64,000 bases of DNA from Ignavibacteria bacterium (GTDB taxonomy: Bacteria > Bacteroidota > Ignavibacteria > Ignavibacteriales > SURF-24), in the NCBI GenBank assembly GCA_025612375.1, contig JAAXKN010000001.1, positions 40,669 through 104,668 of the forward strand, in the 5' to 3' direction. Below the pieces are notes generated by a model. The model worked only from the letters and a program-made list of their open reading frames with translations. It was not told the origin of the DNA and ran no database searches. This document shows, one piece after another, positions 48,911 to 58,637 of this stretch. The translations under genes and the position numbers were made by a program. Position 1 is the stretch's first letter. Each line of letters begins with the position of its first letter.

Positions 48911-50179
48911 ATGAAAAAGCTATGTTTATTTGTTCTGATCCTTGCCTCTTCCTATTCCTTCTGCCAGGATACAAACTGGGTGACATACAACACTAAAAAC
49001 TCAAAGCTGCCCTCGGATAAGATCAACTCCGTGGCAGTTGATTCTTTTGGCGTTAAATGGGTCTCGGCCGACAAAGGCCTCGTTAAAATTGCCGGGAAGG
49101 ACTGGACGCTCTACGACAAATCAAATTCTGCCGTAACATGCCTCTACCCGGGCAAAATTACAATCGAGGGTAAGGATACTATCTGGCTATCCACATTCTG
49201 CGCGGGACTTATAAGGTTCGACGGCAAAAACTGGAAAGTTTATAACAGCTCCAACTCTCCCCTGCCGGGGGATAAATGGGTAACCGACGTTGCAATAGAT
49301 CCCCACGGGAATAAATGGATTGGAACCGGCACCGGCGGGGCGGCCAAGTTTGACGGCAAAAACTGGACTGTCTATAACACTTCAAACTCCAAGATCCCCA
49401 GCAATCACGTAAACTGTGTTGCCTACCACAGCATGATGGGCCTTACGGTCTTCGGCACGGACAGCGGCGTTGCAATGTATGACGGGACCAACTGGATGAT
49501 CAACAATAAGGACAACTCCCCCCTGCCGGGCAATGATGTTCAGACGATAACTATCGACAAAAAAGGAGTCCTCTGGGTGGGCACCAAGGGACAGGGATTT
49601 GTAGCCCATGCAGGCACAACGTGCGATATTTATAATATTTATAACTCGGGACTGAAAAGTAACTTTGTAAGTATAATTTTCATAGACAAAAATGATCAGA
49701 AGTGGATTGGGACAGAAACCGGAGGCCTGCATAAATTCCTTGCCCCCGACTGGAGCGTCTACGACACTTCCAATTCAGGCATCGCAAGCGATTCCATTAC
49801 GGCAATTACTGCTGATACAAGCGGGGCTATATGGGTCGGAACAATTAACAAGGGTCTTTCAGTTTATTATCCGCCTCTGTCGGATGTAGAAGACGGCCCG
49901 GGCACGGGAAGCATCCGTTCATATTCACTTTCGCAGAATTATCCCAATCCTTTTAACCCTTCGACCAGGATCACTTACGCAATTCCGCAGGAAGAATTTG
50001 TTAGCCTTAAAATTTACAATGTTCTGGGAAGCGAAGTGGCCACCATGGTAAATGAAGTTAAAAGGGCCGGCAGTCATTCGGTGGAGTTTAACGCATCGAA
50101 GCTTCCGAGCGGAGTGTACATTTACACAATAAAGGCAGGAAAGTTCATGGATTCCAGGAAGCTATTGCTCCTGAAATAG
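48911..50179 (+). CDS. Reg_prop (two-component regulator propeller) repeat protein with T9SS C-terminal domain
   Basis: 422 aa with repeated W(I/V)GT..G(L/A)..(F/Y)DG.NW..Y units and an NYPNPFNPSTRITYAIP CTD. Confidence 0.7.
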   Translation: MKKLCLFVLILASSYSFCQDTNWVTYNTKNSKLPSDKINSVAVDSFGVKWVSADKGLVKIAGKDWTLYDKSNSAVTCLYPGKITIEGKDTIWLSTFCAGLIRFDGKNWKVYNSSNSPLPGDKWVTDVAIDPHGNKWIGTGTGGAAKFDGKNWTVYNTSNSKIPSNHVNCVAYHSMMGLTVFGTDSGVAMYDGTNWMINNKDNSPLPGNDVQTITIDKKGVLWVGTKGQGFVAHAGTTCDIYNIYNSGLKSNFVSIIFIDKNDQKWIGTETGGLHKFLAPDWSVYDTSNSGIASDSITAITADTSGAIWVGTINKGLSVYYPPLSDVEDGPGTGSIRSYSLSQNYPNPFNPSTRITYAIPQEEFVSLKIYNVLGSEVATMVNEVKRAGSHSVEFNASKLPSGVYIYTIKAGKFMDSRKLLLLK

Positions 50180-50333
50180 TCCTTTAATGCATTTTTATTA
50201 GTGTACCGCGAGATTATTTACCCCGGAGGCAGCCTGTTAAAACTGTTTCCGGGGTTTTCCATTTTAAATGGGCATATTTCCCGGCCAGAAAAATCAAAAA
50301 ATTCTTGCACACATGAATAATATGCGGTATTTT

Positions 50334-50351
50334 TCGATATTAAAATATCGA
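50334..50351. promoter_or_regulatory. palindrome TCGATATT-AA-AATATCGA 35 nt upstream of rex
   Basis: 8-bp inverted arms read directly from the sequence. It is not the canonical Rex box. Confidence 0.3.
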
Positions 50352-50385
50352 TATATAAATATCAATAAAATACGAGCATGTTTTA

Positions 50386-51057
50386 ATGGATTCCTTCCCG
50401 GAAAATGCCGAAAGGCCTGACACTATAATCAGAATGCCGACCGTACGCCGCCTGCCCAGGTATTTAAGGCTGTTAAACCAGCTTAAATCAGAGGGCAGAG
50501 AATTTGTTTCCTCAGACAGAATTGCGCAGGAGCTGGATCTTAAACCAATTGTGGTGCGCAAGGATCTGGGTTTTACAGGCATTTGCGGCAAGCCCCGCAT
50601 AGGCTACAGCGTTGAGCATTTAATTATTTCAATTGAGAATGTCATTACTTTCAAGGGGAAAGACATAGCATTTTTAGCCGGGGTTGGAAATCTGGGTTCA
50701 GCGCTATTGGGTTACAATGGTTTTGGGAAGTATGGATTAAACATTGCAGCCGCATTCGATCCTGATAAAGAAAAAGTAAATAAGACAGTCCACGATAAAA
50801 ATATCTATCCGCTTGAAATGCTTCCGGAACTGGCCTCACGCCTGCATCCGCATATAGGAATACTGTGCGTACCTGAAGAATCGGCACAGGAAGTAACGGA
50901 TATAATGGTCTCCTGCGGAATTAAGGGGATCTGGAATTTCTCAAGCAAGGAACTAAAAGTCCCCTCTGATGTAGTTCTTCAGAATGAAGATCTGGCAGCA
51001 GGGCTTGCAGTTTTGTCCATTTCAATTGACAGGAAATCAAAGGCTCCGGTGAAATAA
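50386..51057 (+). CDS. rex: redox-sensing transcriptional repressor Rex
   Basis: RLPRYLRLLNQLKSEG..VSS..IA wHTH followed by the Rossmann motif AGVGNLGSALLGY. Confidence 0.85.
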   Translation: MDSFPENAERPDTIIRMPTVRRLPRYLRLLNQLKSEGREFVSSDRIAQELDLKPIVVRKDLGFTGICGKPRIGYSVEHLIISIENVITFKGKDIAFLAGVGNLGSALLGYNGFGKYGLNIAAAFDPDKEKVNKTVHDKNIYPLEMLPELASRLHPHIGILCVPEESAQEVTDIMVSCGIKGIWNFSSKELKVPSDVVLQNEDLAAGLAVLSISIDRKSKAPVK

Positions 51058-51058
51058 T

Positions 51059-51337
51059 ATGGCAATTGACACAGAAAAGAAAAAAGTATGCATATGCATG
51101 GGAAGTTCCTGTTTTGCACGGGGAAATGATAAGAACCTTGGGATAATTGAAGAATGCATTTCGAATTACAGGCTGCAGGAGAAAGTTGAGCTTTCCGGCA
51201 GCAGGTGCGAGGGAAGGTGCTGTAAAGGGCCCAACATTCTAATAGATGGAGTTATTCACAACCAGGTTGAATCGGGCTGCCTGCTTGACCTTTTGGATCA
51301 GATGTTAAAGAAAGGATACTCAGATAATAATCAGTAA
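51059..51337 (+). CDS. thioredoxin-like [2Fe-2S] ferredoxin (NuoE/HndA-type)
   Basis: 92 aa. The Cys pattern CMGSSC ... CEGRC (Cx4C..Cx3C) is followed by GPNILIDG. Confidence 0.7.
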   Translation: MAIDTEKKKVCICMGSSCFARGNDKNLGIIEECISNYRLQEKVELSGSRCEGRCCKGPNILIDGVIHNQVESGCLLDLLDQMLKKGYSDNNQ

Positions 51338-51399
51338 CATTAAAATTTCATGCTTTTTCAGATTTGGATGAATAATCTTAAGCAAGCAGGAGACAAGGT

Positions 51400-53154
51400 A
51401 TGGATCACAGCCATCCTATATACACCGAAATTGTAGAGTGCCAGGACTGTTATAAATGCGTGCGGGGCTGCCTTTCGAAGGCGATCCGCGTTCAGGACGG
51501 GCACGCCAGCATAATAAAAGAACTGTGCACAGCCTGCGGACATTGTGTGGCAATATGTCCGGCCAAGGCAAAGAAGGTAAGAAATGACGTAAAGCGGGCA
51601 GAGAATCTTCTGCAGAGAAAAGCCAAAGTTATTGCCTCAGTTGCACCTTCCTGGGCCGCAGAATTTCCGGATATGGATTCATCAGTCCTGATCAGCGCCA
51701 TAAAGGCGCTCGGCTTCTACGGCGTCAGTGAAACCGCTCTGGGTGCACAGGAAGTCTCGGCACGCCTGATTGATGATCTTAACGCATCAAAAGCCGCATT
51801 ATCTATTTCATCGGCATGCCCGGCTGTAGTGGAGTACATAAGTAAGTACATGCCGGCTTACAAAAAAAACGTTACCGCAATTACATCTCCCCTTCTTGCC
51901 CATACGAGGATTTTAAGGAAAGAATACGGCAATGATATCGGCATAGTATTCTTCGGACCGTGCACGGCAAAAAAGCTTGAGGCCGACCGCAATAAGGATA
52001 TGCTGGATCTGGCGCTGACGTTTCATGAACTGAAGGAATGGCTTTCAGCAAAAGAAATTAAACTGCCGGCTAGCCCTGAAAACTCCGGCGAGAGTTTTAT
52101 TCCCTGGCCTGCCCATGAAGGAAGCGTTTACCCGATTGAAGGAGGAATGAATGAAACTCTTACGGGCTGGCTTGACAGAAATAAAACAGAAACCTTTTCC
52201 GTAAGCGGGCTGGACGGGTTAAGATATTACCTTGAGAATTTTGAGAGCAGCAGCCTGGATAAAAATATATTCCTGGAAGCACTTGCCTGCAAGGGGGGCT
52301 GTATCAACGGGCCGTGCAGATCGGAGGCAAGCACAGGGTTAAATGACAGGCTGCAGGTCAGAAAGAGGGTAATTTATCCTGAGAAAAACCAAAAGAGGAC
52401 CCCCTGCGTCAGTACGGATCTTCCCCTGCCCTACTTGCTGCCTGCAAAACAGGATTCATCTTCAAAAAGTGAACTCACTCTGGCGCTGGCTAAAATCGGC
52501 AAGACTTCCCCTTCCGACGAGCTGAATTGCGGAGGCTGCGGCTACGATACGTGCCGGCTCTTTGCAGAGGCTTTGATCAACAAAAAGGCTGAGACAGCCA
52601 TGTGTGCCTCTTTCATGAAAAAGCAGGCACAGAAAAAGGCAAATGCGCTTTTAAGGTGCATGCCCTCGGCTGCAGTCATAATAGATTCCGGTTTAAGGGT
52701 AATTGAATGCAACAGGCATTTTGCCGAAATGTTCGGCGAGGAGACTCTGCAGATATACAAGGTGCTTTCAACATTAAACGGTGTATACATTGAGAAGATA
52801 CTGCCGTTTGCAAATTTATTTAAGACCGCACTCAGGACGGGAGATGACATTTCAAGAGAGAACTTCAAGTCGGATGGCAAGCTTCTCAACATCAGCATAT
52901 TCACCATTGAGCCGCAGCAGACCGTAGGCGCAATAATACAGGATGCAACGAGCATAGAGGCAAAGCGTGAGGCCATTGCAAGTAAGGCAAATGAAGTGCT
53001 CAGAAAAAATCTGAATACTGTTCAGGGCATTGCCAAGCTTCTGGGTGAACACATGGCTGATACCGAAATTATTTTAAGATCCATTGCCAAAGGCTTTACG
53101 AATGACGAAGCGCAGCCGGTACTAATAAAGCAGCAGGGGTCTCAGGAGAAATGA
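51400..53154 (+). CDS. sensory [FeFe]-hydrogenase-like protein (HydS / group C type) with PAS domain
   Basis: Two 4Fe-4S motifs at the N-terminus (CQDCYKCVRGC, CTACGHCVAICP). H-domain motifs SSACPAVVEY, FFGPCTAKKLEA and EALACKGGCINGPC. A CGGCGYDTC Fe-S motif, then a PAS-like segment (AVIIDSGLRVIECNRHFAEMFG). Confidence 0.7.
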   Translation: MDHSHPIYTEIVECQDCYKCVRGCLSKAIRVQDGHASIIKELCTACGHCVAICPAKAKKVRNDVKRAENLLQRKAKVIASVAPSWAAEFPDMDSSVLISAIKALGFYGVSETALGAQEVSARLIDDLNASKAALSISSACPAVVEYISKYMPAYKKNVTAITSPLLAHTRILRKEYGNDIGIVFFGPCTAKKLEADRNKDMLDLALTFHELKEWLSAKEIKLPASPENSGESFIPWPAHEGSVYPIEGGMNETLTGWLDRNKTETFSVSGLDGLRYYLENFESSSLDKNIFLEALACKGGCINGPCRSEASTGLNDRLQVRKRVIYPEKNQKRTPCVSTDLPLPYLLPAKQDSSSKSELTLALAKIGKTSPSDELNCGGCGYDTCRLFAEALINKKAETAMCASFMKKQAQKKANALLRCMPSAAVIIDSGLRVIECNRHFAEMFGEETLQIYKVLSTLNGVYIEKILPFANLFKTALRTGDDISRENFKSDGKLLNISIFTIEPQQTVGAIIQDATSIEAKREAIASKANEVLRKNLNTVQGIAKLLGEHMADTEIILRSIAKGFTNDEAQPVLIKQQGSQEK

Positions 53155-54326
53155 AAGACCAGCAGATGTTTGTAGATATCGATTATGCCCAGGAAAAGAA
53201 GTCCGGTGAAGAGATCTGCGGCGATTCATTTGCCGTAAAGCAGTTCCGGGAGGGGCACAGGCGCATTGCTGTACTTTCAGACGGGCTTGGAAGCGGTGTA
53301 AAAGCCAATATTTTGTCGTGCATGACCGCGGAAATGGCAATTCGTTTTATTGCAAATGAAATGGATATTATTGAATCCATAAAGATTATTATGGACGTGC
53401 TGCCGGTGTGCGAGGTGCGCAAGATCAGTTACTCGACCCTGACAGTTGTTGATACGCAGCTCTACGGTGAGACCAGAATAATTGAGATGGGTAACCCGCA
53501 GTTTATTCACCTTCGGGGAGACAAAATTATTCCCTCTGAATTCAAACTCTATACTGCTGCCGGCTGGCAGAACAGGACCATACGAATTTCGGAGGTGAAT
53601 GTGGAGCCGGAAGACAGGATAATAATTTTCTCTGACGGAGTAACTCAGGCAGGACTTGGCAGCAGGAATATTCCAATGGGATGGCGTGAAAAAGGATGCA
53701 GGGACTTCATTGTTTCTCTGGTTTCAAAAAATCCTTTTATTTCCGCCGCAAGGCTTTCCGAAGAGATAATCCTTAAGGCAAGGCATTGCGAGCCCGATGC
53801 GCAGGCACATGACGACATGACCTGTTCTGTTCTTTATTACCGCCGTCCCAGAAAGACTATTGTAATGACCGGTCCCCCTTTCCACCCTGAAAAGGATTCA
53901 GACTACGCACAGAAGCTAATTCAGTATAACGGGAAAAAAGTAATCTGCGGGGGCACTACTGCAAATATTATTTCAAGGGAGTTAAATCTGCCCGTAGAAA
54001 CTTCCATAAAAAGACAGGGGGATCTGCCCGCAGCCTCCAAGATGTCCGGTATCGATCTTGTAACGGAAGGCATCCTTACGCTTACAAGAACATACCAGCT
54101 CTTAAAGGACAGGGACAACTGGCAGGATGAGACCGCGGCGGCTGATCTGGTAAAACTGTTAAAGGAAAGCGACATAATCGACTTTTACGTCGGGACTCGC
54201 ATCAATGAGGCGCATCAGGACCCCTCGCTTCCAAGGGAGCTTGAGATCCGAAGGAACATAATAAAAAAGATTAAGGCCATACTGGAAGAAGAGTACGTAA
54301 AGGAGATCCACCTGTTCTATATTTAA
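53151..54326 (+). CDS. SpoIIE/PP2C-family serine phosphatase with an uncharacterised C-terminal domain
   Basis: SDGLGSGVKANILS, IIFSDGVTQAG and DDMTCSVLYY. The start overlaps the hydS-like stop (ATGA). Confidence 0.7.
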   Translation: MKDQQMFVDIDYAQEKKSGEEICGDSFAVKQFREGHRRIAVLSDGLGSGVKANILSCMTAEMAIRFIANEMDIIESIKIIMDVLPVCEVRKISYSTLTVVDTQLYGETRIIEMGNPQFIHLRGDKIIPSEFKLYTAAGWQNRTIRISEVNVEPEDRIIIFSDGVTQAGLGSRNIPMGWREKGCRDFIVSLVSKNPFISAARLSEEIILKARHCEPDAQAHDDMTCSVLYYRRPRKTIVMTGPPFHPEKDSDYAQKLIQYNGKKVICGGTTANIISRELNLPVETSIKRQGDLPAASKMSGIDLVTEGILTLTRTYQLLKDRDNWQDETAAADLVKLLKESDIIDFYVGTRINEAHQDPSLPRELEIRRNIIKKIKAILEEEYVKEIHLFYI

Positions 54327-54464
54327 CTGCAATCTTAATGCCCATTTGGGGCTTATTTCCTGGAAAGGTCCCTAATGCAAAGTTTTTCTCAGGGCGCGGG
54401 AACATAATATGTTCATAATGCGTCTAAAGATGTAAAGTTTCTCTTAATTTGTTTATTTATATGC

Positions 54465-54497
54465 AGGCCGGAAGCTGCACAATCCGGCCTTTTTTTA
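54465..54497 (+). terminator. intrinsic terminator after the rex-hydS-PP2C operon
   Basis: Stem aggccgga / tccggcct, then a T7 run. Confidence 0.65.
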
Positions 54498-54582
54498 TGT
54501 TTCCCTATTTTTATTGTCCCCCGCCCGGGTGGGGCGCGCAGGAATGTAATTCAGTCCATTTTTGTAATATATTGAGGAATCC

Positions 54583-57000
54583 ATGAAACTCAGACCTGTT
54601 CTCCCGTTTATTATGCTCATTTTATTCTATTCCCTGGGTAATGCCCAGACAACTCATGAAACATACAAGGTTACCGGCGCAATTGCCGACAGCGCGACCA
54701 GCAAGGGACTTGCAGGCGTTAATGTTGTCATCTTGTCGCGCGCGGACAATAAAAACCTGGGCGGCGGCACCACGGACGCAAAGGGAAACTTTTCAGTTGA
54801 TAACATTAAAAAAAGAAACGTCAGGGTTAAATTTTCGATGATAGGTTACCAGACGAAGACGCTGGATTCAGTGGATCTGGAAGCGACCCCGCGCGTTGGG
54901 CTTTTTAAGCTGAGATCAACCGTAATACAGATGCCTGAAATTGTAGTACAGACCGTAAGACCTATGGTTGAATACAAGGTGGACAGGCAGGTTATAAATA
55001 TGGACCGGGTGCCCGGAAGCAGCGGGTCTGTAACTGATGCCTTGAAGAATTCCGGTACAGTGGAAGTGAACCCTTCAAACAACAATATCACGGTAAGGGG
55101 CCAGTCTGTAAAGCTTCAGATGGACGGACGCCCGTTTGAGATGCCCGCGGATATGCTTTCGCAGATGCCGGCTTCAATGATCGAGCAGGTGGAGGTTATT
55201 CTTGCACCCGGCGCCAAGGAAAGCGCTGAGGGAGGAGCATACATTCTGAACCTCGTTTCAAAGAAAAATGACATGGATAACTATAACGGTTCGGTTAACG
55301 TCAGCTCATCTACAAATAAAATGAATTTCGGCGGGCTTAACATGAACTACAAAGAAGGCAAGCTCAACATTTTCACCTCATTTTTCGGGGGCTTCGGCGA
55401 ACAGAGCTTTATAAGTGAAACAAACAAGTTTAATTACGACAGCAAAAGCCTCTATCATGAATATGGCAGAAGCGATAACACTATGCCGGGCAACATGGTC
55501 AATTTCAAGCTCGGGGCAGACTACGACCTGGATGCCAACAACTCATTTACTTTCTACGGAGCCTACAGCAGAACAAAGTTCGACGGCGACAACAAGAGCG
55601 GCAATACGGTCTGGAATCAAAACAATATAGCCCAGTATACCTACAGCAACAACAGCAAATCGGGCAACAAGTGGGCAAACCTTTCATTCTACGGATTCTA
55701 CAAGAAGAAATTTGCCGACAAGGGGCACGAGATAACCTTTGATGCCATGTATACCGATATGGATATGCCTTCAACATCGGACCTCAGCATAGGCTACAGC
55801 TACCGCCCATCTACCCCCTATCAGCAGAAGAGCAGCACGGGCGTTAATGCAAAGACGTTTATTTTTAAGGCAGACTATACCAGGCCCATTGAAACCGCAA
55901 AGCTCGAGTCGGGCTACAGCTATACATACAGAACGAGAGATAACGATTACAGCGTTCGGGATTTTTCATATCTCGCAAATGCATGGCAGGACAGCATGAG
56001 TCTGAGCAACCTTTTCAGGTACAGAGAGGATATTCATGCAGCATATGCAACTTATTCACAGAAGTTCGGGCGCTTTGACCTTAAAGCTGGAATCAGGGCC
56101 GAGAACCTGCATACACAGGGTGACCAGCTGACTTCGGGCGAGGACTTTTCGGGAAATTTCTTCAATCTTTTCCCGAATTTTAACCTTGGTTATAAACTGA
56201 ACGATATGTTTATGATCACATTTAACACTTTCAGGAGGGTTACTTATCCGCAGGTGTACTACATTAATCCTTTCAAGCAGTACATGGGTCCAAACAGCTA
56301 CAGGATGGGCAACCCGGGGCTGAAGCCTTTTTTCCTGAACTCATACAGCCTGAGCCTGTCGCAGTTCATAAACGTTTACTATGTATTCTCCAACGGCAAT
56401 TTCACCCGCTTTACAGGAAATGTTGACGACAGCGTTTCGGTTTACAGCTTTATCAACCTGGGAAAAAGCAAATTGTACGGAGTTGAGCTTACGCTTCCCT
56501 ACTACAATTCGCCTCAGATGCCGGTACATCTGCCCGACTTTATATCGATGATGAATGTGGTCTGGGGATTTACTTACCGCGAGCAGGAAGGACAGTACCT
56601 GAGCGAAAACCTTACTTACGCCGACAGGCGCATGTGGCTGAGGGCAAACCTTGCCCTGAACCTCTGGTACGACGTAAGCATGAGTACATTTTTTATGTAC
56701 AGTCCCAGGACGAAAAACGCCAGAATGACATCAAACGCCACAAAGAATCTTTCTATTTCATTCAGCAAGTCGTTCCTGGACAACAAGCTGAAGGTAAACT
56801 TAAGCTTTTCAGACCTGCTAAGGGCGATGAGGTTTGATAATGAAACATTCGGAAGCAACTTCTATTCTTTTGAGAAATTCACGATCAACAACAGCAGGAG
56901 CGTGAGCCTGGGGCTGACCTGGATGTTCAACGATTACAAACCCCACCGCGAGCGCAATATTGATGATGGACGTGACAAGGCCGAAGGAGGAATGTTCTAG
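54583..57000 (+). CDS. TonB-dependent receptor-like OM beta-barrel with N-terminal CarboxypepD_reg domain
   Basis: 805 aa; signal peptide, VTGAIADSATSKGLAGVNVVI, a plug-like region, a long beta-barrel, and a C-terminal ..AEGGMF. Confidence 0.75.
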   Translation: MKLRPVLPFIMLILFYSLGNAQTTHETYKVTGAIADSATSKGLAGVNVVILSRADNKNLGGGTTDAKGNFSVDNIKKRNVRVKFSMIGYQTKTLDSVDLEATPRVGLFKLRSTVIQMPEIVVQTVRPMVEYKVDRQVINMDRVPGSSGSVTDALKNSGTVEVNPSNNNITVRGQSVKLQMDGRPFEMPADMLSQMPASMIEQVEVILAPGAKESAEGGAYILNLVSKKNDMDNYNGSVNVSSSTNKMNFGGLNMNYKEGKLNIFTSFFGGFGEQSFISETNKFNYDSKSLYHEYGRSDNTMPGNMVNFKLGADYDLDANNSFTFYGAYSRTKFDGDNKSGNTVWNQNNIAQYTYSNNSKSGNKWANLSFYGFYKKKFADKGHEITFDAMYTDMDMPSTSDLSIGYSYRPSTPYQQKSSTGVNAKTFIFKADYTRPIETAKLESGYSYTYRTRDNDYSVRDFSYLANAWQDSMSLSNLFRYREDIHAAYATYSQKFGRFDLKAGIRAENLHTQGDQLTSGEDFSGNFFNLFPNFNLGYKLNDMFMITFNTFRRVTYPQVYYINPFKQYMGPNSYRMGNPGLKPFFLNSYSLSLSQFINVYYVFSNGNFTRFTGNVDDSVSVYSFINLGKSKLYGVELTLPYYNSPQMPVHLPDFISMMNVVWGFTYREQEGQYLSENLTYADRRMWLRANLALNLWYDVSMSTFFMYSPRTKNARMTSNATKNLSISFSKSFLDNKLKVNLSFSDLLRAMRFDNETFGSNFYSFEKFTINNSRSVSLGLTWMFNDYKPHRERNIDDGRDKAEGGMF

Positions 57001-57050
57001 TCGTTCTACGTTCAACAGAAAGAAATAAAGTTCGAGGTTATTAAGACAAA

Positions 57051-57084
57051 AGCCTGAAGTCTTTTTAGATTTCAGGCTTTTTGT
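57051..57084. terminator. bidirectional intrinsic terminator
   Basis: Stem agcctgaagtc / gatttcaggct, then a T-run. The stem is nearly identical to the terminator at 33135. Confidence 0.65.
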
Positions 57085-57112
57085 TTAAAACATCGGTTGA
57101 TGACATTTTCGC

Positions 57113-58594
57113 TTAAGTCCGCCAGAACAGTTTTCTTTTGGTAAAGTATCCTGCTGTCAGGGCAACAAGAAGAGTAAATATAAGGCCCTTCAGAAATCCC
57201 AACCATGGATTGATCAGCATATAATTAAGCAATGTACCCAGTGTTGTGAGTGCCAAGACAGGCATTATGAAATTGCTCCCGGCTATGTATGCTATCATGG
57301 GGTTTTGGCCGCTGCTGATTAAAAGGCTGAAATATTTTTTCTTTTTCATACAGTCTATGAATACGGATAGCGCAATATAGCAGAAAATGGCAAGTCCCGT
57401 AGTAACAAAATAATAACTTAAAGTCGATTTATCTTTTTTTATGCCCCCTTCGAAGGCCTCAAAGAAAAGCCCGAGCAGAAGCCAGTAAACTCCCCAGTTG
57501 AAAAGTGACCGGTAAAGCCTGCCGGTTGCATTTTCAGCTTTCCTTAAAAGGAGATAGCCCAGGAAACAAATTACTGCATCTGCAAGGAGAGTAAAAACAA
57601 GAGCCCGTGTAAAAAGCCCGTAAAGTGTGATTGTTATACAAATAAATAAAAGTGCAGATGCAAGAGAATACCTGCTTTTTGCCTCACTTGAAAGGGCTGC
57701 ATTTTTCTCTCCTGAATTCATCCATTTCAGTATCATGTCCCCCGCTATGGTACCTGGGAGCACAATGAAAAGATACTGCAGATAATATAATTTGTAAAGC
57801 CAGGAGGCAGGAGTTGCATACCAGAGGAGCAGGTTCCAGCTCCCTTCAACATTCTGCGTAAGCCTGATTGCCAGGTAAAACGCCAGAATCCCCAATCTCA
57901 GCAATACATTTTCCCTTGTAAAAAGCCACACAACTGCACCAAAGAATGCTACGTTTGCAAGCACAAGGATTATGATATCGCTCCTGTTTGGAGAAAATCC
58001 GCTTCCGTTAGCATATCTCAGTACAGAAAGCAGAACTGCAGCGCCTCCGTACCCGGCCATTCTGATTAAAATTTTATAAGCCGGTTTCATTGCAGAAGGC
58101 AGCCTTAGGAGCATTGGGAATAAAAGTATAAAACCCAGGATGCCCGTAAGCCAGGTTAATGCGCCGGGTTCAGACATAAGCGAGTAGGGTTTTATGTGCT
58201 GAATGTATATTGCAAAAGCCGCAAGGAGCAGACCCCTTCCCAGCGACTGGAGGGCCAGCTTCCATTCAGGAACTCCCACACTTATTTTTTTGGATAATGC
58301 AAGGGGAATTGCGGCGCCCATTGCAAAAAGGAAAAAAGGGAATACCAGATCGACCCAGGTAATTCCGGGAAGATTGGGGTTAAAGATGTGGTCCGGCGGA
58401 GGCACCTGTGCATGATACATCCAGGCAGGCAGCGCTGCTATTCCGCTGAAAGGGATGCTTCCGGATAAAATCATGGCAAGAATTGCAAGCCCTCTTAGTG
58501 CATCGAGCGCGTCGGCGCGAAGAGGAGCGGTTTTCTCATTTGATTTTATCTCGGGTCCCAATGTCTGCACTTCGGTTAAAGTCACGTTTTCCAC
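57113..58594 (-). CDS. DUF5009/HGSNAT-like membrane acyltransferase
   Basis: 493 aa with about 11 TM helices. N-terminal RADALDALRGLAILAMIL motif. GTG start with an AAGGAAG RBS. Confidence 0.6.
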   Translation of the reverse strand: MENVTLTEVQTLGPEIKSNEKTAPLRADALDALRGLAILAMILSGSIPFSGIAALPAWMYHAQVPPPDHIFNPNLPGITWVDLVFPFFLFAMGAAIPLALSKKISVGVPEWKLALQSLGRGLLLAAFAIYIQHIKPYSLMSEPGALTWLTGILGFILLFPMLLRLPSAMKPAYKILIRMAGYGGAAVLLSVLRYANGSGFSPNRSDIIILVLANVAFFGAVVWLFTRENVLLRLGILAFYLAIRLTQNVEGSWNLLLWYATPASWLYKLYYLQYLFIVLPGTIAGDMILKWMNSGEKNAALSSEAKSRYSLASALLFICITITLYGLFTRALVFTLLADAVICFLGYLLLRKAENATGRLYRSLFNWGVYWLLLGLFFEAFEGGIKKDKSTLSYYFVTTGLAIFCYIALSVFIDCMKKKKYFSLLISSGQNPMIAYIAGSNFIMPVLALTTLGTLLNYMLINPWLGFLKGLIFTLLVALTAGYFTKRKLFWRT

Positions 58595-58637
58595 AAAAAA
58601 TCTTCCTTAATTATTGCAACAAAGCAAAATGAAATTG

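Noticed and set aside
50200-50385. Canonical Rex operator (TTGTGAA-N4-TTCACAA) upstream of rex
   Set aside because: It is not present by eye. Only the unrelated TCGATATT/AATATCGA palindrome is there.
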